A stretch of 63,150 bases of DNA, counting the filler, from Octopus bimaculoides (lineage: Eukaryota), in assembly GCF_001194135.2 (NCBI RefSeq). It is 6 parts of 6 records of this genome, joined end to end, with 100 filler letters (N's around TTAATTAATTAA, not from the genome) between each part and the next. Parts side by side here need not be neighbours in the genome. Positions count along the whole stretch, not along the records: positions 22,092 to 33,892 come from NC_068985.1; positions 33,993 to 37,946 come from NC_069006.1; positions 38,047 to 60,351 come from NC_068990.1; 3 more parts are not named here. The stretch is one strand, 5' to 3'. Shown here piece by piece: positions 26,755-38,183 of this stretch (position 1 is the first letter of the stretch; every line of letters starts with the position of its first letter). The position numbers and the translations under genes were made by a program. The notes under the pieces were generated by a model. That model was not told the origin of the DNA, ran no database searches, and saw nothing but the letters and a program-made list of their open reading frames with translations.

Positions 26755-27669
26755 ATGAGTAGTATAAGATGCGGATTCAGAGAATGGTGCGGCTCTTACA
26801 TGATTCCCGTGGAATCTTTAGACCTCCAGCTGTTTCGTTCTCCACTTATCCATCTTTACAATTATTTCAGTGCTCTTACATCACTTGTTAAGGTTATCTC
26901 TAGATATTCCATAGAAATTATAGCCAGCACTGATTTTTGGTACAACGTTTTGTATCCGAGAAGCCAGATAAACAAACATTGTGATCGAAGTTGAAAAATG
27001 GGTAATGAGCGTATATGACATATTTCAGGAGTTTTTGGTCTTTTATCAGCACTCAGCCACCCCATTAGTGATGCATGAACTCATTGCTTAAATATCCTCT
27101 AAATATAGCGGTGAAACGTTATTGGGATATATCAATTTTATATATTAAACACATTCCGGAAAGCTAGTACATAAATATTAATGACTTGTAGTGGCTTCTC
27201 GAATACGAAACGTTTCGGATTTGTTTATATGGAAAATATATATTAATATATATAAGATCGCACACACCACGTTTGATGGTCAGACAACATGACAAGTATG
27301 ACACAAGCCAACAGATAAACGAGCCATTCCATAAGCGAGGAGTTCATCAATGAAGGGAAGGTCGCTGGTGTTTAGTAATCTGCAAATCTAAGATTCAAAA
27401 CTGACTTGAACGTTAAGCGTGATGTAATACACTAAAATCAGACAAATAGATTATATGATATCGCTACAACGTTTCATTAACAGATTTTATTGTGATGCAA
27501 CATCGTACACATGTTTGTATCTAAGTCGTGCAACATCAATAAGATTATGCAACACATTGCAATTAATCACCCAACTCTTCGGGCTAAACTATATGCTGCC
27601 CAATAATCGAGATGCTGTCAGATTAGTGAGTTCAATAACATGTGTATTGCTTTATCCTAAAGATGTTAA

Positions 27670-27886
27670 GGCGGCGAGCTGGCAGAAACGTTAGCGCGCC
27701 GAACGAAGTGCTTAGCGGTATTTCGCCCGTCGCTACGTTCTGAGCTCAAATTCCACCGAGATAGACATTGTCTTTCATCCTTTCGGGGTTGATACATTAA
27801 GTATCAGTTGCGTACTGGGGTCGATCGAATCGACTGACTCCTTCCCCCAACATTTCAGGTCTTGTGCCTGTAGTAGAAAGGATTAT
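27670..27886 (+). mobile_element. SINE family B copy (CpG-rich)
   Basis: ggcggcgagctggcagaaacgttagc...ttctgagctcaaattcc...cctttcggggttgatacattaagtatcagttgcgtactggggtcgatc...tagtagaaaggattat. Other copies at 8238, 36620, 37245, 39246 and 48090. Confidence 0.85.
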
Positions 27887-28002
27887 CTTAAAAATGTTAC
27901 AGTCTTACATAACTGCCATGTACGATGTTACGTCACAATAAAATCTTTTAATAAAACTTCGTAGCGATACCATATAATCCATTTGTCTGTTTTATGATAC
28001 AT

Positions 28003-28059
<57 letters not shown>

Positions 28060-29100
28060 NNNNNNNNNNNNNNNNNNNNNNNNNNNNNNNNNNNNNNNNN
28101 NNNNNNNNNNNNNNNNNNNNNNNNNNNNNNNNNNNNNNNNNNNNNNNNNNNNNNNNNNNNNNNNNNNNNNNNNNNNNNNNNNNNNNNNNNNNNNNNNNNN
28201 NNNNNNNNNNNNNNNNNNNNNNNNNNNNNNNNNNNNNNNNNNNNNNNNNNNNNNNNNNNNNNNNNNNNNNNNNNNNNNNNNNNNNNNNNNNNNNNNNNNN
28301 NNNNNNNNNNNNNNNNNNNNNNNNNNNNNNNNNNNNNNNNNNNNNNNNNNNNNNNNNNNNNNNNNNNNNNNNNNNNNNNNNNNNNNNNNNNNNNNNNNNN
28401 NNNNNNNNNNNNNNNNNNNNNNNNNNNNNNNNNNNNNNNNNNNNNNNNNNNNNNNNNNNNNNNNNNNNNNNNNNNNNNNNNNNNNNNNNNNNNNNNNNNN
28501 NNNNNNNNNNNNNNNNNNNNNNNNNNNNNNNNNNNNNNNNNNNNNNNNNNNNNNNNNNNNNNNNNNNNNNNNNNNNNNNNNNNNNNNNNNNNNNNNNNNN
28601 NNNNNNNNNNNNNNNNNNNNNNNNNNNNNNNNNNNNNNNNNNNNNNNNNNNNNNNNNNNNNNNNNNNNNNNNAGGGGATATTCTGACGGCAGAAGAAAAG
28701 GAATTTTTAACTCCTATTTCTAAATTCGGTTTGTGGTGAAGCAATTAGCTGACCCCCTAATTATAATTATGTTTATAATTCACCCGCCCGTGCACACATA
28801 CACACGCAAATACAGACGCAAACACTTGCGCATAAGGATACACATCAAAGAGCAGAATGGACTAAGCGGGGTAAGAGCACACACGAAGACAGAAAGTGTC
28901 GTTGAAAAGGTCACAGTTGTATAACGAAAGATTTCCTGACAATGGACATGAGTTAGAATATGAACAGTAATAAACGAGTGAAGAACGAATATATAGTGCA
29001 TATGTTTATTTGGCAAAAAAAACTGTCCCGAAATACAACAATATCTGTTTCAACACACGGCTTCACAACAGGAATCTTGCAACACAAGTTCATAAATGCA

Positions 29101-29153
<53 letters not shown>

Positions 29154-29271
29154 CTTTCTCTCTTTCTCTCTCTCTTTATATATATCTAGGTTAGTTAAAA
29201 TATGTTTGGGACATATTTCAACTAACGTAAATTTTTCTTATGCCTCAACGCTACTTGACGCTAACATTTCG

Positions 29272-29329
<58 letters not shown>

Positions 29330-29395
29330 NNNNNNNNNNNNNNNNNNNNNNNNNNNNNNNNNNNNNNNNNNNNNNNNNNNNNNNNNNNNNNNNNN

Positions 29396-29453
<58 letters not shown>

Positions 29454-29510
29454 TGCGTGTATGAACACCCGTCATATATGCATAAATGTATGTTATGGTT
29501 TATGTTGCAG

Positions 29511-29675
29511 ATAATGTTGTGTGACATGATGTGCTATGCCGCTTTGGAAAGTCCTATCAATGACAACCAGACTATCTTGAAAGATTACCCGAAACTCAGG
29601 AATCTTCGACATCGTGTTGTTTGCCATCCCCAAATATCTGCTTATATACTGAAACGTTCAGACACGACTTTTTAA
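29511..29675 (+). CDS. S-crystallin / sigma-class GST, terminal coding exon
   Basis: Acceptor tttatgttgcag|, phase 0, in frame with the previous exon. Translates IMLCDMMCYAALESPINDNQTILKDYPKLRNLRHRVVCHPQISAYILKRSDTTF*, matching the S-crystallin C-terminus (DMMCYCALENP...YPKL..LR.RV..H...YL.RR..T.F). Confidence 0.93.
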   Translation: MMLCDMMCYAALESPINDNQTILKDYPKLRNLRHRVVCHPQISAYILKRSDTTF

Positions 29676-29699
29676 TACGTTCCAAACAGAATCGAACAG

Positions 29700-29755
<56 letters not shown>

Positions 29756-32336
29756 GCTTCTGACGGACGTGCTGTCACATCGGCTGCAGAGGTAAACGTT
29801 TTTTTTTTACCTTATATTGCCCACATTTGTTTAAAAGTTTTTCATANNNNNNNNNNNNNNNNNNNNNNNNNNNNNNNNNNNNNNNNNNNNNNNNNNNNNN
29901 NNNNNNNNNNNNNNNNNNNNNNNNNNNNNNNNNNNNNNNNNNNNNNNNNNNNNNNNNNNNNNNNNNNNNNNNNNNNNNNNNNNNNNNNNNNNNNNNNNNN
30001 NNNNNNNNNNNNNNNNNNNNNNNNNNNNNNNNNNNNNNNNNNNNNNNNNNNNNNNNNNNNNNNNNNNNNNNNNNNNNNNNNNNNNNNNNNNNNNNNNNNN
30101 NNNNNNNNNNNNNNNNNNNNNNNNNNNNNNNNNNNNNNNNNNNNNNNNNNNNNNNNNNNNNNNNNNNNNNNNNNNNNNNNNNNNNNNNNNNNNNNNNNNN
30201 NNNNNNNNNNNNNNNNNNNNNNNNNNNNNNNNNNNNNNNNNNNNNNNNNNNNNNNNNNNNNNNNNNNNNNNNNNNNNNNNNNNNNNNNNNNNNNNNNNNN
30301 NNNNNNNNNNNNNNNNNNNNNNNNNNNNNNNNNNNNNNNNNNNNNNNNNNNNNNNNNNNNNNNNNNNNNNNNNNNNNNNNNNNNNNNNNNNNNNNNNNNN
30401 NNNNNNNNNNNNNNNNNNNNNNNNNNNNNNNNNNNNNNNNNNNNNNNNNNNNNNNNNNNNNNNNNNNNNNNNNNNNNNNNNNNNNNNNNNNNNNNNNNNN
30501 NNNNNNNNNNNNNNNNNNNNNNNNNNNNNNNNNNNNNNNNNNNNNNNNNNNNNNNNNNNNNNNNNNNNNNNNNNNNNNNNNNNNNNNNNNNNNNNNNNNN
30601 NNNNNNNNNNNNNNNNNNNNNNNNNNNNNNNNNNNNNNNNNNNNNNNNNNNNNNNNNNNNNNNNNNNNNNNNNNNNNNNNNNNNNNNNNNNNNNNNNNNN
30701 NNNNNNNNAAGAGAAAGCGAAAGAGTTATCCACGCTGACTCTTCGTTCCGAAAATATAATATTGGTGCCCACGTACCTTGGACAAAGGGTAACCAAAGTA
30801 TCGATAAAAAATGTCCCTCCAGAAGTGGAACCACAATGGCTGTTATCAACTATTTGTTATCACATGGAAGGAAATATAAACATTCTAGAAACTCCTGCAT
30901 TAAAGCAAGAAGACTGGAATGGAAAAAAATTTGATGTCCTGTTACAAATTATACAGGAAGAATCAAAAGAAATTCCAACTCAAATTGAGCTGCCAGACGG
31001 CCACACCCTCTACGTTGTAGTAGAAGGTAGAAGGCCACGATGCTACCTGTGTGGCATCGAAGGGCACCTCAAAAAAGATTGCCCAACAGCAACAGAAAAC
31101 AAAAAACAAGAAGGAAAAGCAGCCAAAAAAGAACCCCTACTACCCACACCACCACCAACACAAAGAACGAGCAAAAGGAGCAAGACAGAAGAATCTCACA
31201 AACCAAACCCGCATACACCAACAAATGTACCCGAAAAAACACAAACAACAACTACAAGAACTAAGGAAACTGTAAAAGCAAAAGACAATACAAAAACTAA
31301 TTCCCCTTCTCCCACATCACATACACCACAAGCAGATAATCAACAACCATCAACAACACACCCACTTCAACAAACAAACANNNNNNNNNNNNNNNNNNNN
31401 NNNNNNNNNNNNNNNNNNNNNNNNNNNNNNNNNNNNNNNNNNNNNNNNNNNNNNNNNNNNNNNNNNNNNNNNNNNNNNNNNNNNNNNNNNNNNNNNNNNN
31501 NNNNNNNNNNNNNNNNNNNNNNNNNNNNNNNNNNNNNNNNNNNNNNNNNNNNNNNNNNNNNNNNNNNNNNNNNNNNNNNNNNNNNNNNNNNNNNNNNNNN
31601 NNNNNNNNNNNNNNNNNNNNNNNNNNNNNNNNNNNNNNNNNNNNNNNNNNNNNNNNNNNNNNNNNNNNNNNNNNNNNNNNNNNNNNNNNNNNNNNNNNNN
31701 NNNNNNNNNNNNNNNNNNNNNNNNNNNNNNNNNNNNNNNNNNNNNNNNNNNNNNNNNNNNNNNNNNNNNNNNNNNNNNNNNNNNNNNNNNNNNNNNNNNN
31801 NNNNNNNNNNNNNNNNNNNNNNNNNNNNNNNNNNNNNNNNNNNNNNNNNNNNNNNNNNNNNNNNNNNNNNNNNNNNNNNNNNNNNNNNNNNNNNNNNNNN
31901 NNNNNNNNNNNNNNNNNNNNNNNNNNNNNNNNNNNNNNNNNNNNNNNNNNNNNNNNNNNNNNNNNNNNNNNNNNNNNNNNNNNNNNNNNNNNNNNNNNNN
32001 NNNNNNNNNNNNNNNNNNNNNCCGAACTTTCGAACGGTAAGTAACTCTCTGTCTCTATTATTTTTAAGCAGAGCGTTACTTGCGTTAATTTCGTAAATAA
32101 ATTTTTTCAATTAGTGACATTAATGCCCGAGGTTACCGTGGTCTTTTCGTAGGTTTTTCTTTCCACGGATAACCTCCCCATTTCTTGGGATTTTTTTTTT
32201 TTTCTTTTTTACATACCCCAAACGTTTTTCGATACCTTTTGATCGTTATCCCCATTTTTTCTCGTCCCCTCGAAAAGAAAAACTCTACATTGTATTTGTC
32301 CCATCTATGTTGAGCCCTGTGTGGCTAATAAAGAAA
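29756..32336 (+). mobile_element. L1/Tx1-type non-LTR retrotransposon (ORF1-bearing) inserted in the crystallin 3' UTR
   Basis: Gag-like ORF in the middle; 3' end ...gagccctgtgtggctAATAAAgaaa followed by (TCTA)n. Motif aatcgaacagt(atct)n flanks both sides (29690-29754 and 32413-32468). A second copy of the same 3' end lies at about 43530-43596. Confidence 0.7.
30711..31380 (+). CDS. LINE ORF1 (gag-like, CCHC zinc knuckle), open at both ends into N gaps
   Basis: Uninterrupted frame EKAKELSTLTLRSENIILVPTYLGQRVTKVSIKNVPPEV...VVVEGRRPRCYLCGIEGHLKKDCP followed by a Pro/Thr/Lys-rich tail. CX2CX4HX4C preceded by YEG-like VEG is typical of L1/Tx1 ORF1. Confidence 0.8.
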
Positions 32337-32422
32337 TCTATCTATCTATCTATCTAATCTGTCTTTATCGAACAGTATCTATCTATCGATTAGTATCTAT
32401 CTAACAGATACTAATCGAACAG

Positions 32423-32468
<46 letters not shown>

Positions 32469-32766
32469 CCTGGTTGTCTAGGTCTCTCTCACTCACTCTC
32501 CCGCTTTTTCTCTTTCTCTCTCTCTCTTTTCTCTTTCTCTCTCTCCCTCTCTCGCTGTGTATATGTATGTGTGCGTGCGTGTGCCTATCTTTCTCCTAGT
32601 TAATCTACCGCTATATATATAAGAATTAAAGTACGAGACATTTTCACACCTAAAAAGCTTGCAAATAAATAATTGTATACATTTCTACATAATACATGCA
32701 GGCATGCATGTACGTAGGTGTAGGTGCAGGAGGTGGTCAAACTCTGTGTAAGGAGTAGAAAACCAC

Positions 32767-32800
<34 letters not shown>

Positions 32801-33818
32801 TATACATATATATAAATTTGTATAACTGAAGAAACTGGAGTTAACAAGTACCATTGGAGAGTTATTTTTTAATCACTACAATTGTTTCCACCCAACGTGG
32901 TTCTCCAAAAGTACAGGTATTTGATTATGCAACTGTTTTTTTTTTCATAATGAGATCCAGTTATATTTCTTCAGGTAATATGCAAGCGTTGTCTCCGTTA
33001 GTTTAAAATCTTCGACTTCAAAGCCATCCCAGTCATCCCAGCCATCCCAGCCATCCGTCTTGGTTTGAATTTTGTAGCAGTTGGTAGATTCATGTTGTTT
33101 GGTGGCAGAGTGTGTTTGTTGGACTGCTATGAGTGGTAGTGGATGACTGTTTTGGTACCGGGTAATCGCTGACCTGTTCTTCATGGTTGGCTGCACATGC
33201 GAATTGTATTAGCTGACCTTCAGTATTCAGCGGTTGGATACATACACACATCCACACATAAACTCACATATACCCTCCCGCAAACAAACAAACTTATGCA
33301 TATATGCCTGTATACACACAGATACGCTCACATTTACACACATACACATACTTTCGGATACATACACATAGACACACACAAACTCACACATACCACCCCA
33401 CACAAACCTATTTATATATGTCTATATACACACAGATACGCTCACATATAGATACATACACATACATTAGCATACACACGCATATATACAAACATAGTTA
33501 GGCATTTATATATGCATACATATACATACTCATACGTATGTATACGCATACATACACCGATCAACATATACACTTATTCACTTATATATACACCCTCCCT
33601 CAAATGCGGGAATATATACATGCTCACATACATACACATAAATAAGTGAGCAAGCGGTACTCCTTCTTGTTGTCTCCAATTTCTTTAATTTAATATTCAC
33701 ACACAACGAATACCCAAACATACACATGGAAGTATGTAATAATGCTACTGGTTAGTATTGGGTAATTCTGAGGGTGAACGAGCTTTATTCTGTACTCTGT
33801 CACTTTCCTAACGGAATA

Positions 33819-33861
<43 letters not shown>

Positions 33862-33992
33862 AATAATATGCGACAATTATTCGGTAGCCATGNNNNNNNN
33901 NNNNNNNNNNNNNNNNNNNNNNNNNNNNNNNNNNNNTTAATTAATTAANNNNNNNNNNNNNNNNNNNNNNNNNNNNNNNNNNNNNNNNNNNN

Positions 33993-34372
33993 TCTAATTG
34001 ATGTATCAATACCAGCAGATGACAACGTTTCCCTAAAAGAAATGGAGAAACTTTCAAAATACAAAGACCTGGAAATAGAGGTAACTCGAATGTGGAATCT
34101 AAAAACAGAAACAATTCCTAACATAGTAGGGGTCTTAGGTATAATAAAAAAAATATTCAGACAAATACATAACAAAAACACCAGGACTTACAAATATATA
34201 TAACATACAGAAAATTGCACTACTGGGCACTGCACACATCCTACGCAAAACACTTTCAATACAGTAACCATAAGAGCATCACAGCAAACCACAGCACATA
34301 CCCAAGGCACACAGAGCTGCGCTCAGTAGTGAAGTGAAAGCACGCTATAAAAATAAAACTACTGAATAATAA
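33993..34372 (+). mobile_element. R4/Dong-type LINE 3' end (REL endonuclease, 3' UTR, then (TAA)n)
   Basis: LIDVSIPADDNVSLKEMEKLSKYKDLEIEVTRMWNLKTETIPNIVGVLGIIKK [+1 A] YSDKYITKTPGLTNIYNIQKIALLGTAHILRKTLSIQ* (stop 34265-67). About 100-bp 3' UTR ends in aataataataat. Confidence 0.85.
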
Positions 34373-34872
34373 TAATGAGAATAATAACGGTTTCAAATTT
34401 TGACACAAAACCAGTAACAGCGATCGATAGTCAATGCGGCAATATAACATGGCAGTCCTGGTTTAGGACTAATGTTGGCTGTAATTTAGCCCCTGGAGAC
34501 ATCATCTCCAGGTGGCTATTTGATAGCATGTTTGACAGAGATTGTCTCCTATTACAACGTTGTACCAGCTTAAGACGGCATCAGTAATGTCAGCCATATC
34601 TCTTCGCCAGAACAAGACCAGGAAGAGGAAGAGGAATAGTCTGGTTTAGCCCACCATATAACTTTGTTGTAATTACAGGCAAGGCCTAAAACTTTCTAAC
34701 TCTCTAAGAAGATAACACTTCCACTGACACACAAATACGATTAACTTTTCAATAATCACAACATTAAAGTTAACTGTTCCTGCCTGGCCATCATTGCTTC
34801 CCAGATCATATACTACATTACAACCAAAAAGACACACGTGTGTGCATATATGCACATAAAAGCATATATATA

Positions 34873-34915
<43 letters not shown>

Positions 34916-34918
<3 letters not shown>

Positions 34919-35230
34919 GTGAAGGCGTGTGGTTTACTGGTCAGAGTATTTGGTTCGCAATCGTAAGGCGTTGAGTTCAATTTGCAGCATCGCGTTGTGC
35001 CCTTGAGCAAGACACTTCATGTTACGTTGCTCCAGTCTATTCAGATGGCAGANNNNNNNNNNGTGCCCTTGAGCAAGACACTTCATGTTACGTTGCTCCA
35101 GTCTATTCAGATGGCAGAGTAATTCCTGTATTTCAAAGAGCCAGCTCTGTCACGTTCTGTCACACTGAATCACCCTGATGACCCTCGTTAAGAGAAAGCA
35201 TGTCTGTGGAGAACTCAGCCACTTGTACGT
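34916..35230 (+). mobile_element. tRNA-derived SINE (family D-related)
   Basis: Decayed tRNA head, then gtgcccttgagcaagacacttcat... and a body complementary to 14317-14360. Confidence 0.65.
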
Positions 35231-35411
35231 AAATACATGTTTTATGTCCAAGTTCTTATTTATAAAAACAACTTCAGAATAAAATAAAGGTTTACTCAGA
35301 ACATTTTCGTGGAGTGCTTTTAACAAGGGAAACGTTGACAGTAAGTTTCGGCTCACTCGCCTTGAAATGAAGGCAAGTGGGACAAAACAAACCATCAACC
35401 ATCCTACTTAC

Positions 35412-35477
35412 CATCGCTGTTAGAAAACCAACAAAAAATGTGACGACCCATTTCACAAGTTCGATTCTTACTTCCGG
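35412..35477 (-). CDS. CLCN6: CLC-6-like exchanger, exon (equivalent to exon 4, first TM helix)
   Basis: Acceptor ctttatctcttttacag| and donor |gtaagt; 66 bp, phase 0-0. Translates PEVRIELVKWVVTFFVGFLTAM (CLC-6: KGRRYEAVKWMVVFAIGVCTGL, also 22 aa). Confidence 0.85.
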
Positions 35478-35675
35478 CTGTAAAAGAGATAAAGCTAATT
35501 AAAAGACTGAACTGCACATTGTTTTGTACTGTAACATATTTGTGTTGGTCTCTGCTGTGCCATGCGGTTGTGTTACACTGCACAGAATGTGGCAACCAAA
35601 AGAAGAACCTCCCAGAACCAGCGTTCCTGATAAACGTTACGACCGCAAATGCAAGGCGTTCAAATCACAATGGAG

Positions 35676-35677
<2 letters not shown>

Positions 35678-35746
<69 letters not shown>

Positions 35747-35761
35747 TGTTGTAGTAGTAGT

Positions 35762-35792
<31 letters not shown>

Positions 35793-35805
35793 ACAAGTAG
35801 TAGTG

Positions 35806-35841
<36 letters not shown>

Positions 35842-35842
35842 A
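35678..35842. repeat. (AGT)n/(AGC)n microsatellite in a CLCN6 intron, 17 bp from the donor
   Basis: Directly visible. Confidence 0.95.
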
Positions 35843-35858
35843 GAGGAGGTGTACTTAC

Positions 35859-35927
35859 GAATCTTTTCTGCTTCTCCTGCAACATGGCTCGATAAGGTTT
35901 GTTGAAACAACAATCGTAGTCGAGACT
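35859..35927 (-). CDS. CLCN6: CLC-6-like exchanger, exon (equivalent to exon 3)
   Basis: Acceptor ctctatttccacccag| and donor |gtaagt; 69 bp, phase 0-0. Translates SLDYDCCFNKPYRAMLQEKQKRF (CLC-6: SLDYDRCINDPY...). Confidence 0.88.
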
Positions 35928-36619
35928 CTGGGGTGGAAATAGAGGAAATAACAGAGATATTAGTGGGGTGGAGGAATGGGTGGATTGGAGAATAGGGGGG
36001 GGTCTGAGTGAGTGGATGGATTGATGGATGGGTGAGTGGGTGAGTGGGTGGACGAATAGATGGATAGAGGAATGGAACGGCAGGTGGGCTGATCAATAGG
36101 GGGACAGAAGTGGTTGGAAAGGGTGGATGGGTGGATGAATGGACGGATTGATGGATAGCTGGATGGTTAGATATACATATATATATACTGCAGTTATCCT
36201 TTTGCATTGTAGATAGAAAAACAACAACAACAACAACAACAACAACTTCCATGATGCCAACAAGAGGGACGACTGGTGGTTACTTGACCTACAAAAAATA
36301 GCACCTAAATTCCTTCAACTCACAACTTACCCATTCACAAAAAGGAAGGACACATTTCACAATGTAGTCCTAGATATACAAAATGTAAAACCTGATATGC
36401 AGAAAGGATGGATAGTCTAGGATGGATAGTCGAGGGTGGAACAGCTGAGATCTACTTAATCAGGGCTGGCTTCTGACTAAAAAGCAACAACTAGTGCTGC
36501 TTTAACCTTTCAGCAAACTAAGTACGTATTAAGGGCTTCAAGGGAAGTGGGGCGACATACCACAGAAATGGTAAATGGTTTACGGCACAAAAGAAATCAC
36601 TTTAAACTTGCTAAAATAA

Positions 36620-36824
36620 TACTAGTTTCAAATTTTGGTACAAGGCCAGCAATTTCAAGGAAGGAGTTAAGTTGATTATATTGACCCCAGTACTCAACTG
36701 GCATTTATTTCATCAACCCCGAAAGGATGAAAGGCAAAATCGACCTTGGCGGAATTTGAACTCAGAACGTAAAGTTGGACCAAATTCCGCTAACCATTTT
36801 GCCCAGCGTGCAAACGATTCTGCC
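36620..36824 (-). mobile_element. SINE family B copy
   Basis: Reverse complement of 27670-27886. Confidence 0.8.
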
Positions 36825-37244
36825 TTAACTTGTAGAATTAATATTCAAAGTGGTTTATATGATCGGGAATATGGTGTCGAAGGGCTTATGGTGTCATAGA
36901 GAGGATCTGATCAAAGGCTTTGCGATTAAAAAAAAAAGGTCAGGGAAAAGAATAAATTTTCAAATACAAAATGAAATTATACAAAGATAAATATTATTTT
37001 CCATTTTACTGATAGTTTTGTTTCATTTTGGAAAATAAAAATTCATTTTATGATCTGTGATTGTTTATATTTTGAATTACATGTATACGGAGGCCCCAAA
37101 CCCTTTTAAATGCGTAGGGCTACTATGCATCTTAATCCAGCCCAGGCAACAACAATAACAACGACAGCAGCAGCGGCAGCGGAGGTGTCGGCGGCAGCAA
37201 CAACAGCAATAATGACCTGGACAATAGAGTCAACAACAATAATA

Positions 37245-37442
37245 ATCCCTTTTTTTTACACAAGGTCTGAAAATTGAAGGGAAGGGGCAGGAGACGGCAC
37301 TGACACCATATCTGATTGGTACTTTATTTTATCGATCCTGAAAGGATGAAAGGCAAGGTCAACCTTGGCAGAATTTGAAATCAGATTGTTAACCCGGAAA
37401 ACATGTTGCTATGCATTTCGTCCGGCATGTTAACGATTCTGC

Positions 37443-37443
<1 letters not shown>
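37245..37443 (-). mobile_element. SINE family B copy
   Basis: Reverse complement of family B (aaaggatgaaaggcaaggtcaaccttggcagaatttgaaatcag). Confidence 0.75.
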
Positions 37444-37474
<31 letters not shown>

Positions 37475-37609
37475 AGCACCAAAACCACCACCACTAGCAT
37501 CATCATCATCATCATAGTTGCCATTGTCATCATCGTCACTACAAGCAGCAGCACAAACGCCTCCGCCGCCACCGCAGCCACACCGTAATGACAGTTCCCC
37601 CAAACGTAC

Positions 37610-37678
37610 CTCGTAGTCCTTGTTAGCCAAAGAAGGATCTTCATTCTGGGACAGCTTCCTCAGCCGTAACAGGACATT
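37610..37678 (-). CDS. CLCN6: CLC-6-like chloride/proton exchanger, exon (equivalent to exon 2)
   Basis: Minus-strand acceptor tttctcttctttcag| and donor |gtacgt; 69 bp, phase 0-0. Translates NVLLRLRKLSQNEDPSLANKDYE; ends in KDYE, as CLC-6 does immediately before SLDYD. Confidence 0.75.
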
Positions 37679-37826
37679 CTGAAAGAAGAGAAATTACGAA
37701 AGAGACTAATATACAACCATGTGCTTTGTGTATGCATGGTAGGGGTGTGGGGCGAGGATAGACATAACATGCATTAAACACTTCTCTCTCATTCATCCAA
37801 CATATGCATAGATAGATAGATAGATT

Positions 37827-37879
<53 letters not shown>

Positions 37880-38046
37880 AGAGAGGGAGAGAGATAAACA
37901 GATAGAGATGTTTGTATGAATATATATATATTCATATATATATATANNNNNNNNNNNNNNNNNNNNNNNNNNNNNNNNNNNNNNNNNNNNTTAATTAATT
38001 AANNNNNNNNNNNNNNNNNNNNNNNNNNNNNNNNNNNNNNNNNNNN

Positions 38047-38079
<33 letters not shown>

Positions 38080-38183
38080 AAACAAATCACAAATGAGTAT
38101 ATGCATATATACGTACAAGTATGTGCATACCTACATCTACCTATATATATAGGTGCATATCTGGGTACAGGACGTTGCATACA

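Noticed and set aside
32945-33196. ORF with DGWDGWDDWDG
   Set aside because: Produced by a 9-bp tandem repeat; weak acceptor; no similarity to the expected CLC-6 exon 5.
34998-35118. 55-bp exact tandem duplication inside a SINE
   Set aside because: The two copies straddle a gap of about 10 N; this is an unmerged contig overlap.
35165-35195. CTGATGA...GAAA hammerhead-like spacing
   Set aside because: Lies in a SINE body, with no stem II, stem I or NUH site.
36331-36385. Exon-like segment with a gtaagt donor between CLCN6 exons
   Set aside because: Part of a dispersed repeat also seen at about 52385-52470 and 55400-55450; it does not fit between KDYE and SLDYD.
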